From contig ONLM01000205.1 in assembly GCA_900318695.1 (NCBI GenBank), positions 1-51,401 on the forward strand: a stretch of 51,401 nt of DNA, written 5' to 3'. Of the stretch, positions 17,973 through 27,567 are shown piece by piece. The notes under the pieces are model-generated. The model did no database searches, was not told the origin of the DNA, and worked only from the letters and a program-made list of their open reading frames with translations. Both the position numbers and the translations under genes were made by a program. This stretch comes from an uncultured Eubacteriales bacterium. GTDB lineage: Bacteria > Bacillota > Clostridia > Lachnospirales > Lachnospiraceae. Numbering within the stretch: the stretch's first letter is position 1; every line of letters starts with the position of its first letter.

Positions 17973-20846
17973 TTAGTCACTCACATTCATTGCACGTACA
18001 TAGGACGCATTTCTGGAAAGGATAGAATCCAAAGAATCCTTACCATAGCAATAATTATAAACACTATTTGCAAGGTTCGCCGCATTACCGGAAGAATATC
18101 CATACGGAATGGTTACCGTCACAGAAATTTCCGGTGAAGAGTATGGCGCATACGAAACGAATACCGCATGGTTTCCTCGGTCTTCTCGCTCCTGCGCCGT
18201 ACCGGTCTTACCTGCAACTTCAATATCCTGTCCCTGGAATACAGCCTTCGCTACACCTTCCGTAACGACTTCCCGCAATCCCGTATGAACTGCGTTCCAA
18301 GTCGTCTGACTGATATTGAGCTGATCAATGACCTTCGGCTCAATAACCTTCTTTACGTTACCATCCGCATCGGTAATCTTATCCAGAATGGAAAGATCAA
18401 ACAATGTACCATTGTTGGCCACTGCGGTGATATACCTCGAAAGCTGCACATCATTGTATGCATGGTTTGCCTGACCCATGGCAGAACGTTCCGGATCATA
18501 ATCCGAGATTCTAGGCTGTGCTTCATCAAGCTCAACACCGGACAGCCGGTCCAGTCCGAATGCGGATGCATACTTCTGAATCCGTTCAATACCCAAAGCC
18601 TGATTGTAGACGCCGTTACCATCTGTAGCAAGACGATGACCGACATCCGCAAAGAAATAGTTGCAGGAGTTCTTTATACCGTCAATGATATTCTCTTCTC
18701 CATGCTTTGACGGATAAATCCAGCACTTGATTGCCGGCGATACCTCTTCATACTTACCTGTACAGTTAATGATCGTGGAAAGATCCATTACATGCTCTTC
18801 CAGACTGGCAACCGCTGTAATCGGTTTAAATGTCGAACCCGGTGCCAGCTGCGTCTGCGTTGCGGAATTCAACAACGGCAAAGACAAATCCGCATTACAT
18901 TTTTTCAGATAGTCCGAATTACTGATCTGATTATTGTCAAATCCGGGATACGTTACCAATGCACGAATCTTTCCGGTTTTGACGTCCGTAACAACGACCG
19001 AGCCATTGCACGGATCCAGCGCCATCTGTGCCGGAGTCAGTTCAATATTCCGAATTTTATTCACTAGGAAGGTATACGCAAAATGTTCATCGCCTGTAGA
19101 CAGCTGTATATAAGAAAGCTGGTCCTCTGCTAACACGCCCTGCTCGAACAACGCCATAAGCAACAAATAGCCCGGCAAAATCTTATCCGAAATGGCATAA
19201 CGATACAATACCTTATCAAAATCCGTATCATTCGAAATACGGTCAATGATCTGCTGTACAAATAATTTATAAATATTTTCAGTATCGTAATAATCTTCGG
19301 ACAGCTTCAGCTTGGATGTATCAATCCAGGATTCTTCGATTCCTTCCATAATGAAGTCATGCAGACTGATCGCATCATCGCGCCATTTGGTATAGGCATC
19401 GGATTCCCGATATTTCTGGTTCTCGGTATCAATGATACCGGAATCCTTACTTGTCATATAATCATATATATAAACAAAATAGGCCTGAAGATCCTGATCC
19501 AGCTCCGTGAGCTTTTTGCCATCGGAAGACATCAGTTCCTGCTCAATTTCAGCAAGCTTCTTTTTCTTGTTGGATGCCGATATGGATGCAATCTGCTTTT
19601 CCGCGGAACCGGCATTCTGCGAAGTGAAATGTTCGATATCCAGTACATTATTATTAATAAGCTGGAAATACGCATTTTTTACCGGAATCATAATCTGCGA
19701 CTGCTTTACAACCGCATTTCGATCCGTCGTATCCTCTTCCGAAATCTTGGATGCAAGAATACCGGCAAGCTCCTGCTCAAGCAGATGATAAATCGCAATC
19801 TGATCATTTGCTGAAATGGTGGTATAAATATCGTTTCCGGCTTTCGCTTCTGTTTCCGAAACCACATCCAGGACAGAACCAACGTTATTAAGATACATCT
19901 TACGTTTGCCCTTCTGCCCTTTGAGCTCTGACTCCATGCTCTTCTCGAGTCCCCATACACCGACAGTGTCATTCAGCTCATAGGAAGGATCCTTTTTCTG
20001 TAATGCGGCCAGCTGGTCTTCCCTTACCTGTCCTGTATATCCGACAATATGGGACATATATGGTGCGTAATTATATTTCCGCACAGAAATATTCTCAATG
20101 TCCACGCCTTGAAGCTCGCCTTTGGACTCAAGAATTTCTGCCATACACTCCTTGGATACATTTTTTACAATTGTCGTCGTCTGATATCTTTGATATGCCG
20201 TAAGACGCATTGTATAAAAAATATTGATCATATCCAGGGTTGTACTGTCATTAAGCATGACCGGATTTCCCTTTTTATCCCGGATATTATCAAAGCGGTA
20301 TCGTTTTTTACTGAATTCAAAAACCTCCTGTGCGGTCATATCGAAGTCTGTTTCCTTCAGATCATCGATATTTTTACCACGGGCATTTGCAATAAAGCGG
20401 CGTCTTTCATTATCTGACTGCGTCGTAAACTCCATGGTACCGTCATCATTCATCTTGATCTTATACTGACCATCAACAGCATATCCATATTTTTCGATTA
20501 ATGACGCCAGCTTGCTCAGCATAAGATTACGCTCATTGATTCCCGAATCCGTGGTATCATAAGCCCCATTGTCTGCAATAGTAATATTATACTGAAGCTC
20601 ATTATAGGCCAGCAATTTCCCATCCCGATCGTATATGTTGCCCCTGGTTCCGCTTGTCGTAACCTGCGCCAACGTACGATCCTGATACTCTGCAAGATAT
20701 TTATTCCCTTCCAGAATCTGCAAATTGAAAAGACGTACTGCCAATACAGAAAAAAGAATACTGAAAACAAGGCCCAGTGCCACAAGACGTGAGCCGATCA
20801 GTCTTGAAATAAATTCCCTAATTAAATCTATAACTTCTTTGATCAA
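17973..20846 (-). CDS. mrdA: Class B penicillin-binding protein PBP2 (MrdA)
   Basis: RGNIYDRDG dimerisation domain; STFK, SCN, KTG; TTG start. Confidence 0.92.
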   Translation of the reverse strand: MIKEVIDLIREFISRLIGSRLVALGLVFSILFSVLAVRLFNLQILEGNKYLAEYQDRTLAQVTTSGTRGNIYDRDGKLLAYNELQYNITIADNGAYDTTDSGINERNLMLSKLASLIEKYGYAVDGQYKIKMNDDGTMEFTTQSDNERRRFIANARGKNIDDLKETDFDMTAQEVFEFSKKRYRFDNIRDKKGNPVMLNDSTTLDMINIFYTMRLTAYQRYQTTTIVKNVSKECMAEILESKGELQGVDIENISVRKYNYAPYMSHIVGYTGQVREDQLAALQKKDPSYELNDTVGVWGLEKSMESELKGQKGKRKMYLNNVGSVLDVVSETEAKAGNDIYTTISANDQIAIYHLLEQELAGILASKISEEDTTDRNAVVKQSQIMIPVKNAYFQLINNNVLDIEHFTSQNAGSAEKQIASISASNKKKKLAEIEQELMSSDGKKLTELDQDLQAYFVYIYDYMTSKDSGIIDTENQKYRESDAYTKWRDDAISLHDFIMEGIEESWIDTSKLKLSEDYYDTENIYKLFVQQIIDRISNDTDFDKVLYRYAISDKILPGYLLLMALFEQGVLAEDQLSYIQLSTGDEHFAYTFLVNKIRNIELTPAQMALDPCNGSVVVTDVKTGKIRALVTYPGFDNNQISNSDYLKKCNADLSLPLLNSATQTQLAPGSTFKPITAVASLEEHVMDLSTIINCTGKYEEVSPAIKCWIYPSKHGEENIIDGIKNSCNYFFADVGHRLATDGNGVYNQALGIERIQKYASAFGLDRLSGVELDEAQPRISDYDPERSAMGQANHAYNDVQLSRYITAVANNGTLFDLSILDKITDADGNVKKVIEPKVIDQLNISQTTWNAVHTGLREVVTEGVAKAVFQGQDIEVAGKTGTAQEREDRGNHAVFVSYAPYSSPEISVTVTIPYGYSSGNAANLANSVYNYCYGKDSLDSILSRNASYVRAMNVSD

Positions 20847-20856
20847 ATTATCTGCC

Positions 20857-21381
20857 TCATTCGTTCATTCTTCTTGAAGCGGTAAAGAAGAATCTATACA
20901 AAACAAGCGTAACCATCAGAGAAAAAACCAACGACGGCAGCACAATGTGCAATACATAGTATCCCACACTCAGCTTTCCACGAATCAAAAAACGGAACAC
21001 GTAAATGTAAAGATGATAGATCAGTTCACTGATTACGCACATTACCATAGGAAGGGTAATATACTCTTCATAATAAATTTTGGAGAAGAAACCGTTGGCA
21101 TAACCGATTGTGATAAAAATCAGAGTATAAAAACCAAACGGTCCGGAATAAAACAGATCCATCAACAATCCGGCTCCCAAACCATAGATCATCCCGGGCA
21201 AATTGCCGTGAAGAAACCCAAACGAAAAGGTCAAAATCAATAACAGGTTCGGAGAAGCCGCCAAAAACGGGATCAGTGGAAATACACTTGTCTGAATTAA
21301 AAATGCTACAACTATTGATAAAACGTAAAAAAAGATTCTCAATCTCTTATTACGGATTTTTCTTGAATGTTTACTTTCCAA
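20857..21381 (-). CDS. mreD: Rod shape-determining protein MreD
   Basis: Hydrophobic 174 aa with PNLLLI and GLLMDL; between mreC and mrdA. Confidence 0.9.
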   Translation of the reverse strand: MESKHSRKIRNKRLRIFFYVLSIVVAFLIQTSVFPLIPFLAASPNLLLILTFSFGFLHGNLPGMIYGLGAGLLMDLFYSGPFGFYTLIFITIGYANGFFSKIYYEEYITLPMVMCVISELIYHLYIYVFRFLIRGKLSVGYYVLHIVLPSLVFSLMVTLVLYRFFFTASRRMNE

Positions 21382-21413
21382 AAGATTGTCCCTTCCATAC
21401 AGCCTTTATCCGC

Positions 21414-22427
21414 CTACGGGGTTGCTGCCGCCGATGTCTCCTTTTGAGCACCCTCTTCACTTGCCGCACTTGTTAAGGGACTTAAGCCTTCCATGCCGGT
21501 CCACTGTGTTTCCGTCGGCTGCTCGGCGCTGGTACTTTCCGGTACAACATTTTCGGTATCCTGCTCCGGAATATCCTTTCCATCATTCTCATCTTTAAAG
21601 GAATCGGCCTTGATCTGCTTTACAACCAGAACCTCCGACAGATCATCAAACTTTGCAGCCGGAATCAAGTAGCCGTTTTTCATCAGATGCTTGTTATCCT
21701 CGGTAATGTCCACCGCATATCCGATCAGAATACCGGGCATGAACTTGGATGAAATATTGGATGTAACAATACGATCCCCGTCATGGATTGCTGCATTCTT
21801 ACTGATATTGGTAATCTTCAATCGCCCCGACTGGTACAGCGTAAGATCTCCCGCAACAATGCAATTATCATTGGACTGCATACCCATAGCGGAAACGCGC
21901 GACTCATCATCAATAATGGACCGTACGGTAGCATAATTCAGCCCGACATCCGTAACAATACCGATTAAACCGCCGTTTGCCATTACATTCTGATCGACAC
22001 GAATGCCGTCTTTTGTTCCTTTATCAATACGAAAAACCTGGAACCATTTTTCAGAGTCCTTGGCAATTACTCTGGCGGCAATCTTATCATACTGGAGATA
22101 ATTCTGATCCAGTTCATACAGCTTGCGCAACCGTCCCAATTCTTCCTGGTTCTGATTCAATCGATTATTGTCTTCTGTCAGTACATCGATTTTTTCTTGC
22201 AGCTTCCGGTTTTCTTCTTTTACTTCATTGAGGCTTCTGCGTTCCTTCAGATTATCATACAGACTGGATCCGATTTTATTTACACCTGTCTGCACCGGTA
22301 CCAGCATATACCCAATGGTATTCCGGATCGGATTCATCAATCCGTCTTTCACGGAAGAAAGTACAATCATCATGATGCATAACACAGAAAAAACAATAAA
22401 GATGTACTTGCTCTTCTTATTTTCCAC
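21414..22427 (-). CDS. mreC: Rod shape-determining protein MreC
   Basis: TM plus coiled coil; ARVIAKD, IDKGTKDGI, GDRIVTS, PGILIG; probable GTG start at 22427 with AGGAAG upstream. Confidence 0.93.
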   Translation of the reverse strand: MENKKSKYIFIVFSVLCIMMIVLSSVKDGLMNPIRNTIGYMLVPVQTGVNKIGSSLYDNLKERRSLNEVKEENRKLQEKIDVLTEDNNRLNQNQEELGRLRKLYELDQNYLQYDKIAARVIAKDSEKWFQVFRIDKGTKDGIRVDQNVMANGGLIGIVTDVGLNYATVRSIIDDESRVSAMGMQSNDNCIVAGDLTLYQSGRLKITNISKNAAIHDGDRIVTSNISSKFMPGILIGYAVDITEDNKHLMKNGYLIPAAKFDDLSEVLVVKQIKADSFKDENDGKDIPEQDTENVVPESTSAEQPTETQWTGMEGLSPLTSAASEEGAQKETSAAATP

Positions 22428-23115
22428 TGAATTCTTCCTGCTCCCTAAAACTATAATATCGGTTATCACCAATAATCACATGATCCACCAGATAAATTCC
22501 CACAAGTTCTGCTGCCTGTCGCAGTGTTATGGTAAATTGCCGGTCTTCCGGGCTGGGCTCCGGATTTCCGCTTGGATGATTGTGGACAAGCACCATATTA
22601 ACCGTATGACTTCGAAGTGCTTCAATCAGAATTTCTCTCGATGAAACAACCGACCGGTTACATGTGCCTGCCGAAATCAGCTTGTCCTGGATCAATTGCA
22701 TCTGATTGTCCAGATACAATACATGAATAACTTCATGGTCTAGATAACGTAATTCTTCTTTAAAATATTCCTCTACCGCGTTTGGACTGCAAAATGTCAT
22801 ATTATTCTTACGCTTTTGCCTGGTCCAGATTCGCTTTGCAATTTCCCCGATTGCCTGAAGCTGTATCGCTTTAACCCTACCTATTCCCGCAATGGAACAA
22901 AATTCCAAACGGTCAAAGTGGATCAATCCGACAAGCCCATCATACTGTGGATTGAGATTCAAAACGTCTTCCGCCACTTCCAGAACCGGTTTTTCCTTCG
23001 TCCCTGTCCGCAGTACAATTGCCAGAAGCTCCTGATCCGTCAAAGCTTCCGCGCCTAATCTCTCACACTTTTCGTATGGTTTGTTTCCGGCATCAAGTTC
23101 ATTTAATTTCTTCAT
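22417..23115 (-). CDS. radC: RadC/JAB-domain protein
   Basis: PYEK...GAEALTDQELLAI, GIGRVKA, HNHPSG, DHVIIG. Confidence 0.95.
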   Translation of the reverse strand: MKKLNELDAGNKPYEKCERLGAEALTDQELLAIVLRTGTKEKPVLEVAEDVLNLNPQYDGLVGLIHFDRLEFCSIAGIGRVKAIQLQAIGEIAKRIWTRQKRKNNMTFCSPNAVEEYFKEELRYLDHEVIHVLYLDNQMQLIQDKLISAGTCNRSVVSSREILIEALRSHTVNMVLVHNHPSGNPEPSPEDRQFTITLRQAAELVGIYLVDHVIIGDNRYYSFREQEEFSGK

Positions 23116-23204
23116 TTTTTCTCCTGTTCCTCAGAGAACATGGAGCCCACGTTTGTCTATTCTAGCATAAAGGAATTTCCAGAACAACTTATAAAGAAAA
23201 ACGT

Positions 23205-23248
23205 AAAAAATCTGAAATTACCGAAAGGTAATCTCAGATTTTCTTTTT
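23205..23248. terminator. Terminator after the miaB-mutSL-miaA-ynbB cluster
   Basis: AAAATCTGAAATTACC-GAAA-GGTAATCTCAGATTTT. Confidence 0.8.
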
Positions 23249-23255
23249 GGGAGGC

Positions 23256-24539
23256 TTATGACAACGTAATAAGCCCTTTCTCATACATCTTTTCAACCGT
23301 CATCATAATACCAAACTTTGCATGGTACCATGTAAGTCCGCCTTGAAAATACACATTATATGGCGGCTTGATTGGTCCATCGGCAGAAAGCTCAATGGAG
23401 CTTCCCTGAACGAAAGCACCGGCGGCCATAATGACTTTCGAATCATATCCCGGCATATCATCCGGATACGGTGTTACAAAGCTGTCTACCGGTGCTGCTG
23501 CCTGAATGCCCTGACAGAACGCAACAACCGCTTCCTCTGAACCAAGCGTAATGGCCTGAATGATATCAAAACGTTCACTGTCTGCTGTCGGATGGCAGGC
23601 ATAGCCCAGACGTTCATAAACCGATGCGGCAAAAATTGCAGCTTTTTCTGCATTTGCCGTAATAGTCGGTGCCATAAAAATACCCTGATAAAAATTCTTG
23701 TTGTTATCGAGAGACGGTCCGACTTCCTTACCAAGTCCCGGAGCTGTAAGCCGAGCCGCACAACGTGCAACACACTCCTTTGTTCCGGCGATATAACCAC
23801 CGATCGGAGCAAGTCCGCCGCCCGGATTCTTGATCAATGAACCAACAACCATATCGGCACCGAAATCCGAAGGTTCCTCCCTCTTTACAAATTCGCCATA
23901 GCAATTATCAACCATGCAAATTACATCCGGTTTGATTGATTTAATGAACTGAATCAGCTTGCCAATGCTTTCCGGCGAAAAAGTATCCCGGGTAGCATAT
24001 CCCTTGGATCGCTGAATTTCCACCAGCCGGGTACGCTCATGAATTGCCGCACGGATTCCCTCATAATCGAATTCCGAACCAGGAAGCAGATCTACCTGCT
24101 TATAGCTTACTCCATACTCTGCCAGTGATCCGGCCGTTGGGCGAATACCGATTACCCCTTCCAAAGTATCATATGGCTTTCCCACCGGACAAAGAATTTC
24201 ATCCCCCGGACGTGTATTGGCAAAAAGTGCAAGAGACAACGCATGTGTTCCGCAAATAATCTGAGAACGAACCAGCGCATCCTCCGTATGGAAAATGTTT
24301 GCATATACTCTCTCAAGAGCATCTCGTCCGATATCATCATATCCATATCCGGATGTTCCGATGAGATGTGCCTCAGAAACATTTGCATCCTGCATTGCTT
24401 TTACAACCTTTAACTGATTGTACTCCGCAATCTCATCAATCTCCTTAAACCGGTCCTTAAGACCGTTCAGCGAAACTTCGCAATAATCATAAACCTCCGG
24501 CTTTATGCCAAGAGCTTCAAACATTTCTCTGTTATCCAT
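23256..24539 (-). CDS. PLP-dependent methionine gamma-lyase family / aluminium resistance protein (YnbB-like)
   Basis: VDNCYGEF, GSLIKNPGGG, GSSIELSADGP; follows miaA. Confidence 0.9.
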   Translation of the reverse strand: MDNREMFEALGIKPEVYDYCEVSLNGLKDRFKEIDEIAEYNQLKVVKAMQDANVSEAHLIGTSGYGYDDIGRDALERVYANIFHTEDALVRSQIICGTHALSLALFANTRPGDEILCPVGKPYDTLEGVIGIRPTAGSLAEYGVSYKQVDLLPGSEFDYEGIRAAIHERTRLVEIQRSKGYATRDTFSPESIGKLIQFIKSIKPDVICMVDNCYGEFVKREEPSDFGADMVVGSLIKNPGGGLAPIGGYIAGTKECVARCAARLTAPGLGKEVGPSLDNNKNFYQGIFMAPTITANAEKAAIFAASVYERLGYACHPTADSERFDIIQAITLGSEEAVVAFCQGIQAAAPVDSFVTPYPDDMPGYDSKVIMAAGAFVQGSSIELSADGPIKPPYNVYFQGGLTWYHAKFGIMMTVEKMYEKGLITLS

Positions 24540-25474
24540 TCTGTTATTGTTTCCTTCTTATAATTGAACTCTGCAATATTGACCCATTCCACATTCTGTT
24601 CTCTGCGGAACCAGGTAAGCTGACGCTTTGCATAATTTCTGGAATTCTTCTTAATTGCCTCAACAGCGTCCTCTATTGTACACCTATTGTCAAGATAGGC
24701 AAGCATTTCGCGATATCCAATTCCCTTCATGGATGTCGCATCTTCCGGCAGCTGCAGAGCTTTCAACCATTTTGCTTCTTCTAAAAGGCCGGAATCCATC
24801 ATCCCATCAACCCGTTTGTTGATCCGTTCATACAACCTTTGCCGATCATCCGTCAGCACAAAAAAGGCCGTCTGAAATCTGGCCGTCTTTTGCTTTTCCT
24901 CCGCATTATGCAGCGAAATAGGTGTTTTATGCAGCTCATAGAATTCTATCGCCCGTATTACCCTGGGAATATTGTTTGGATGAATTCGCATCGCCGACTC
25001 CGGATCAATTTCCTTCAGCTGACGATATAAACCCTCGCGGCCTTCCATGGTCTCGGCTTCTTTCTCCAGCCGGCCTCGAATAGCCCGGTGCATCTCTTCA
25101 TTTTCTTCCGTAAAATCAATGCCGTATAAAAGCGCCTGAATGTAAAACCCTGTTCCCCCTACAAGAATCGGCAGATGCCCTCTCTCATAGATTTTCTCTA
25201 TGGCTTCTTCCGCCATGTTTTTAAAACGATTTACATCATAATTCGTTTCCGGGTCAATCACATCGATCAAATGATGCGGCACACCTTCCATTTCTTCTTT
25301 TGTTACCTTGGCGCTGCCGATGTCGAGCCCCCGGTACACCTGCACAGAATCCGCCGATACGATTTCCCCACCCAGTCTCTTTGCAAGCTGTACGGAAGTC
25401 GCGGTCTTTCCTACGGCAGTTGGTCCGGCAATGATCACAAGCGGTCTTTTATTAATATCTATCGTTGTTTTCAT
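24503..25474 (-). CDS. miaA: tRNA dimethylallyltransferase
   Basis: GPTAVGKT, SADSVQVY, VGGTGFY, YAKRQLTWF. Confidence 0.98.
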   Translation of the reverse strand: MKTTIDINKRPLVIIAGPTAVGKTATSVQLAKRLGGEIVSADSVQVYRGLDIGSAKVTKEEMEGVPHHLIDVIDPETNYDVNRFKNMAEEAIEKIYERGHLPILVGGTGFYIQALLYGIDFTEENEEMHRAIRGRLEKEAETMEGREGLYRQLKEIDPESAMRIHPNNIPRVIRAIEFYELHKTPISLHNAEEKQKTARFQTAFFVLTDDRQRLYERINKRVDGMMDSGLLEEAKWLKALQLPEDATSMKGIGYREMLAYLDNRCTIEDAVEAIKKNSRNYAKRQLTWFRREQNVEWVNIAEFNYKKETITEWITEKCLKLLA

Positions 25475-25486
25475 TTCCTTTTTTCT

Positions 25487-27511
25487 TTATACGATACGTT
25501 TGAATTTCTTTTCGAGTTCATACTTCGACATAGAAATAATCGTAGGCCTTCCATGCGGGCAGGCATACGGATTATCAAGTTCCAAAAGTTCTGTAATCAA
25601 AGCATCTGCTTCCATAAGAGACATGCGGTTATTTCCCTTTACAGCCGCCTTGCATGACATGGATGCAATTTTATAATATATGGAATCTGCTGTGGTAAGT
25701 CCGGTTTCATCACTAAGGTCGTCCAGAATCTCCAGCAGCAGCTCCTTTTTTCCAATCTCCGGAAGATCCGCCGGAATAGCAGAAATACTGTAATCCCGTC
25801 CTCCCAGATTTGAAATCTCATACCCCATGCCTTCGAAGTATTCCAGATACTGGTCCATCATCAAAGCTTCCTCAGCACTAAGATTCAAAAGAATCGGCGG
25901 ATTTAAATACTGGCTGACCGGCTTTTTCTCCTTCAGCTTTTTCATCAGACGTTCAAAGTTCACCTTTTCGTGTGCCGCATGCTGATCAATAATGTACAGT
26001 TTATCCTCATACTCTATGAGCCAATACGTTTCAAACAATTGCCCTATAATACGGTGCTCATGCTTGGCCTTTTCCGATAGAAAACGGTCCTGAAAAAGAC
26101 TTTCCTGTTCCGTTTTCAATACCTGTACCGACTCCTGCACGGTCATTTTGGCACGATTCTCGCTGTCCTCTTTTTTTACCCAGGCAGCAGCACCTGCCGC
26201 AACTGCAGAATTCCGCTCTTCCGTCGTTGCCTTGCCAACCTCCGGCTCCGGTTTAAATACAGCCTCTTTCAGTTCATAATCTGCCGCAGGCGTATTTTTT
26301 TCCGCAGATTCACGAATATAAAGATTCAATGACGGATCTGCGGCCGGATGAATAACCGGGCGAAGCTTCTCCTCAAACGTATGGTTGGTTTCTGCCGCCC
26401 GTTCCTTTTCAAAAGGCTCTACATGCGGGAGCTTCTTTGGCTCCAATGCACTTGTCTGTTCACCATAATCCGGATCCTCAAGATCGGTATTCACAATCAG
26501 TTCCGTCTGATGCAGTGCAAGGTTGATCGCATCCATTATGGAATTGTAAACCAGCATGCCGTCCGAAAAACGGACCTCCAGCTTTTGCGGATGCACATTA
26601 ACATCCACGATCTCCGGATTGACATCAATCATCAAAACCGTAAACGGAAATTTATGCTGCATCATAAATGCATGAAATCCGTCTTCCACCGCTTTGGTGA
26701 TCATTGGATTTTTCACATAACGGCCGTTTACAAAGTAAATTTCAAAATTACGATTGGAACGGTTAATCACCGGCTTTCCAACATAGCCCCGCACGGTCAC
26801 CGCAGGAATCCCGCTCAGAGCGCTTCGCTCGTATTGATGATTCACAGCGATCAGCTGATTCGTAACATCTCGGCCATAAATCGAATAAATCACATCCAGC
26901 AGAGCGCCGTTTCCAAGCGTTGCCAGCTTCTGGCGGCCATCCTGTATAAAACGAAAGGCCACTTCCGGATGTGCAAGCGCCTCCTTTTCAACGATATCCT
27001 GAATGCGGGAAGCCTCCGTCTGCGGACTTTTTAAAAATTTTCGCCGGGCCGGGATATTTTTAAAAACATCCCGTACGATAAAGGTCGTCCCTTCCGGTGC
27101 TCCAATCTCTGTAAAATCCTTTTCAATACCATTATCGATCTGATAATGCGTTGCCATTAACGCCCCCGGCGTCTTGGTGATCAATTCGACACTGGCAATG
27201 CTGGCAATACTGGCCAATGCCTCACCGCGGAACCCCAGCGTATGAATATTCCCAAGGTCTTTAGCATCCCGGATTTTTGAAGTTGCATGTCGGATAAAGG
27301 CATTCCGTACATCTTCCCGGTCAATGCCGGAACCGTTGTCGGTGATGCGAACCATGGCAATACCGCCATCCTTAATTTCGATCGACACAGCCGATGCACC
27401 GGCATCCACAGCATTTTCCAGCAATTCCTTTACAATTGATAGCGGACGTTCAATAACCTCGCCCGCTGCAATCTGGTTAATTGTTTCATCACTTAAAACC
27501 TGTATCTTCAT
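25487..27511 (-). CDS. mutL: DNA mismatch repair endonuclease MutL
   Basis: IAAGEVIERP, GFRGEAL, DQHAAHE, SCK, CPHGRP. Confidence 0.98.
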   Translation of the reverse strand: MKIQVLSDETINQIAAGEVIERPLSIVKELLENAVDAGASAVSIEIKDGGIAMVRITDNGSGIDREDVRNAFIRHATSKIRDAKDLGNIHTLGFRGEALASIASIASVELITKTPGALMATHYQIDNGIEKDFTEIGAPEGTTFIVRDVFKNIPARRKFLKSPQTEASRIQDIVEKEALAHPEVAFRFIQDGRQKLATLGNGALLDVIYSIYGRDVTNQLIAVNHQYERSALSGIPAVTVRGYVGKPVINRSNRNFEIYFVNGRYVKNPMITKAVEDGFHAFMMQHKFPFTVLMIDVNPEIVDVNVHPQKLEVRFSDGMLVYNSIMDAINLALHQTELIVNTDLEDPDYGEQTSALEPKKLPHVEPFEKERAAETNHTFEEKLRPVIHPAADPSLNLYIRESAEKNTPAADYELKEAVFKPEPEVGKATTEERNSAVAAGAAAWVKKEDSENRAKMTVQESVQVLKTEQESLFQDRFLSEKAKHEHRIIGQLFETYWLIEYEDKLYIIDQHAAHEKVNFERLMKKLKEKKPVSQYLNPPILLNLSAEEALMMDQYLEYFEGMGYEISNLGGRDYSISAIPADLPEIGKKELLLEILDDLSDETGLTTADSIYYKIASMSCKAAVKGNNRMSLMEADALITELLELDNPYACPHGRPTIISMSKYELEKKFKRIV

Positions 27512-27567
27512 AATATCCGGTTGCCGCTCCTTTCCTGTTATCGTACAAAGCCTTCCACGCTGTATTT

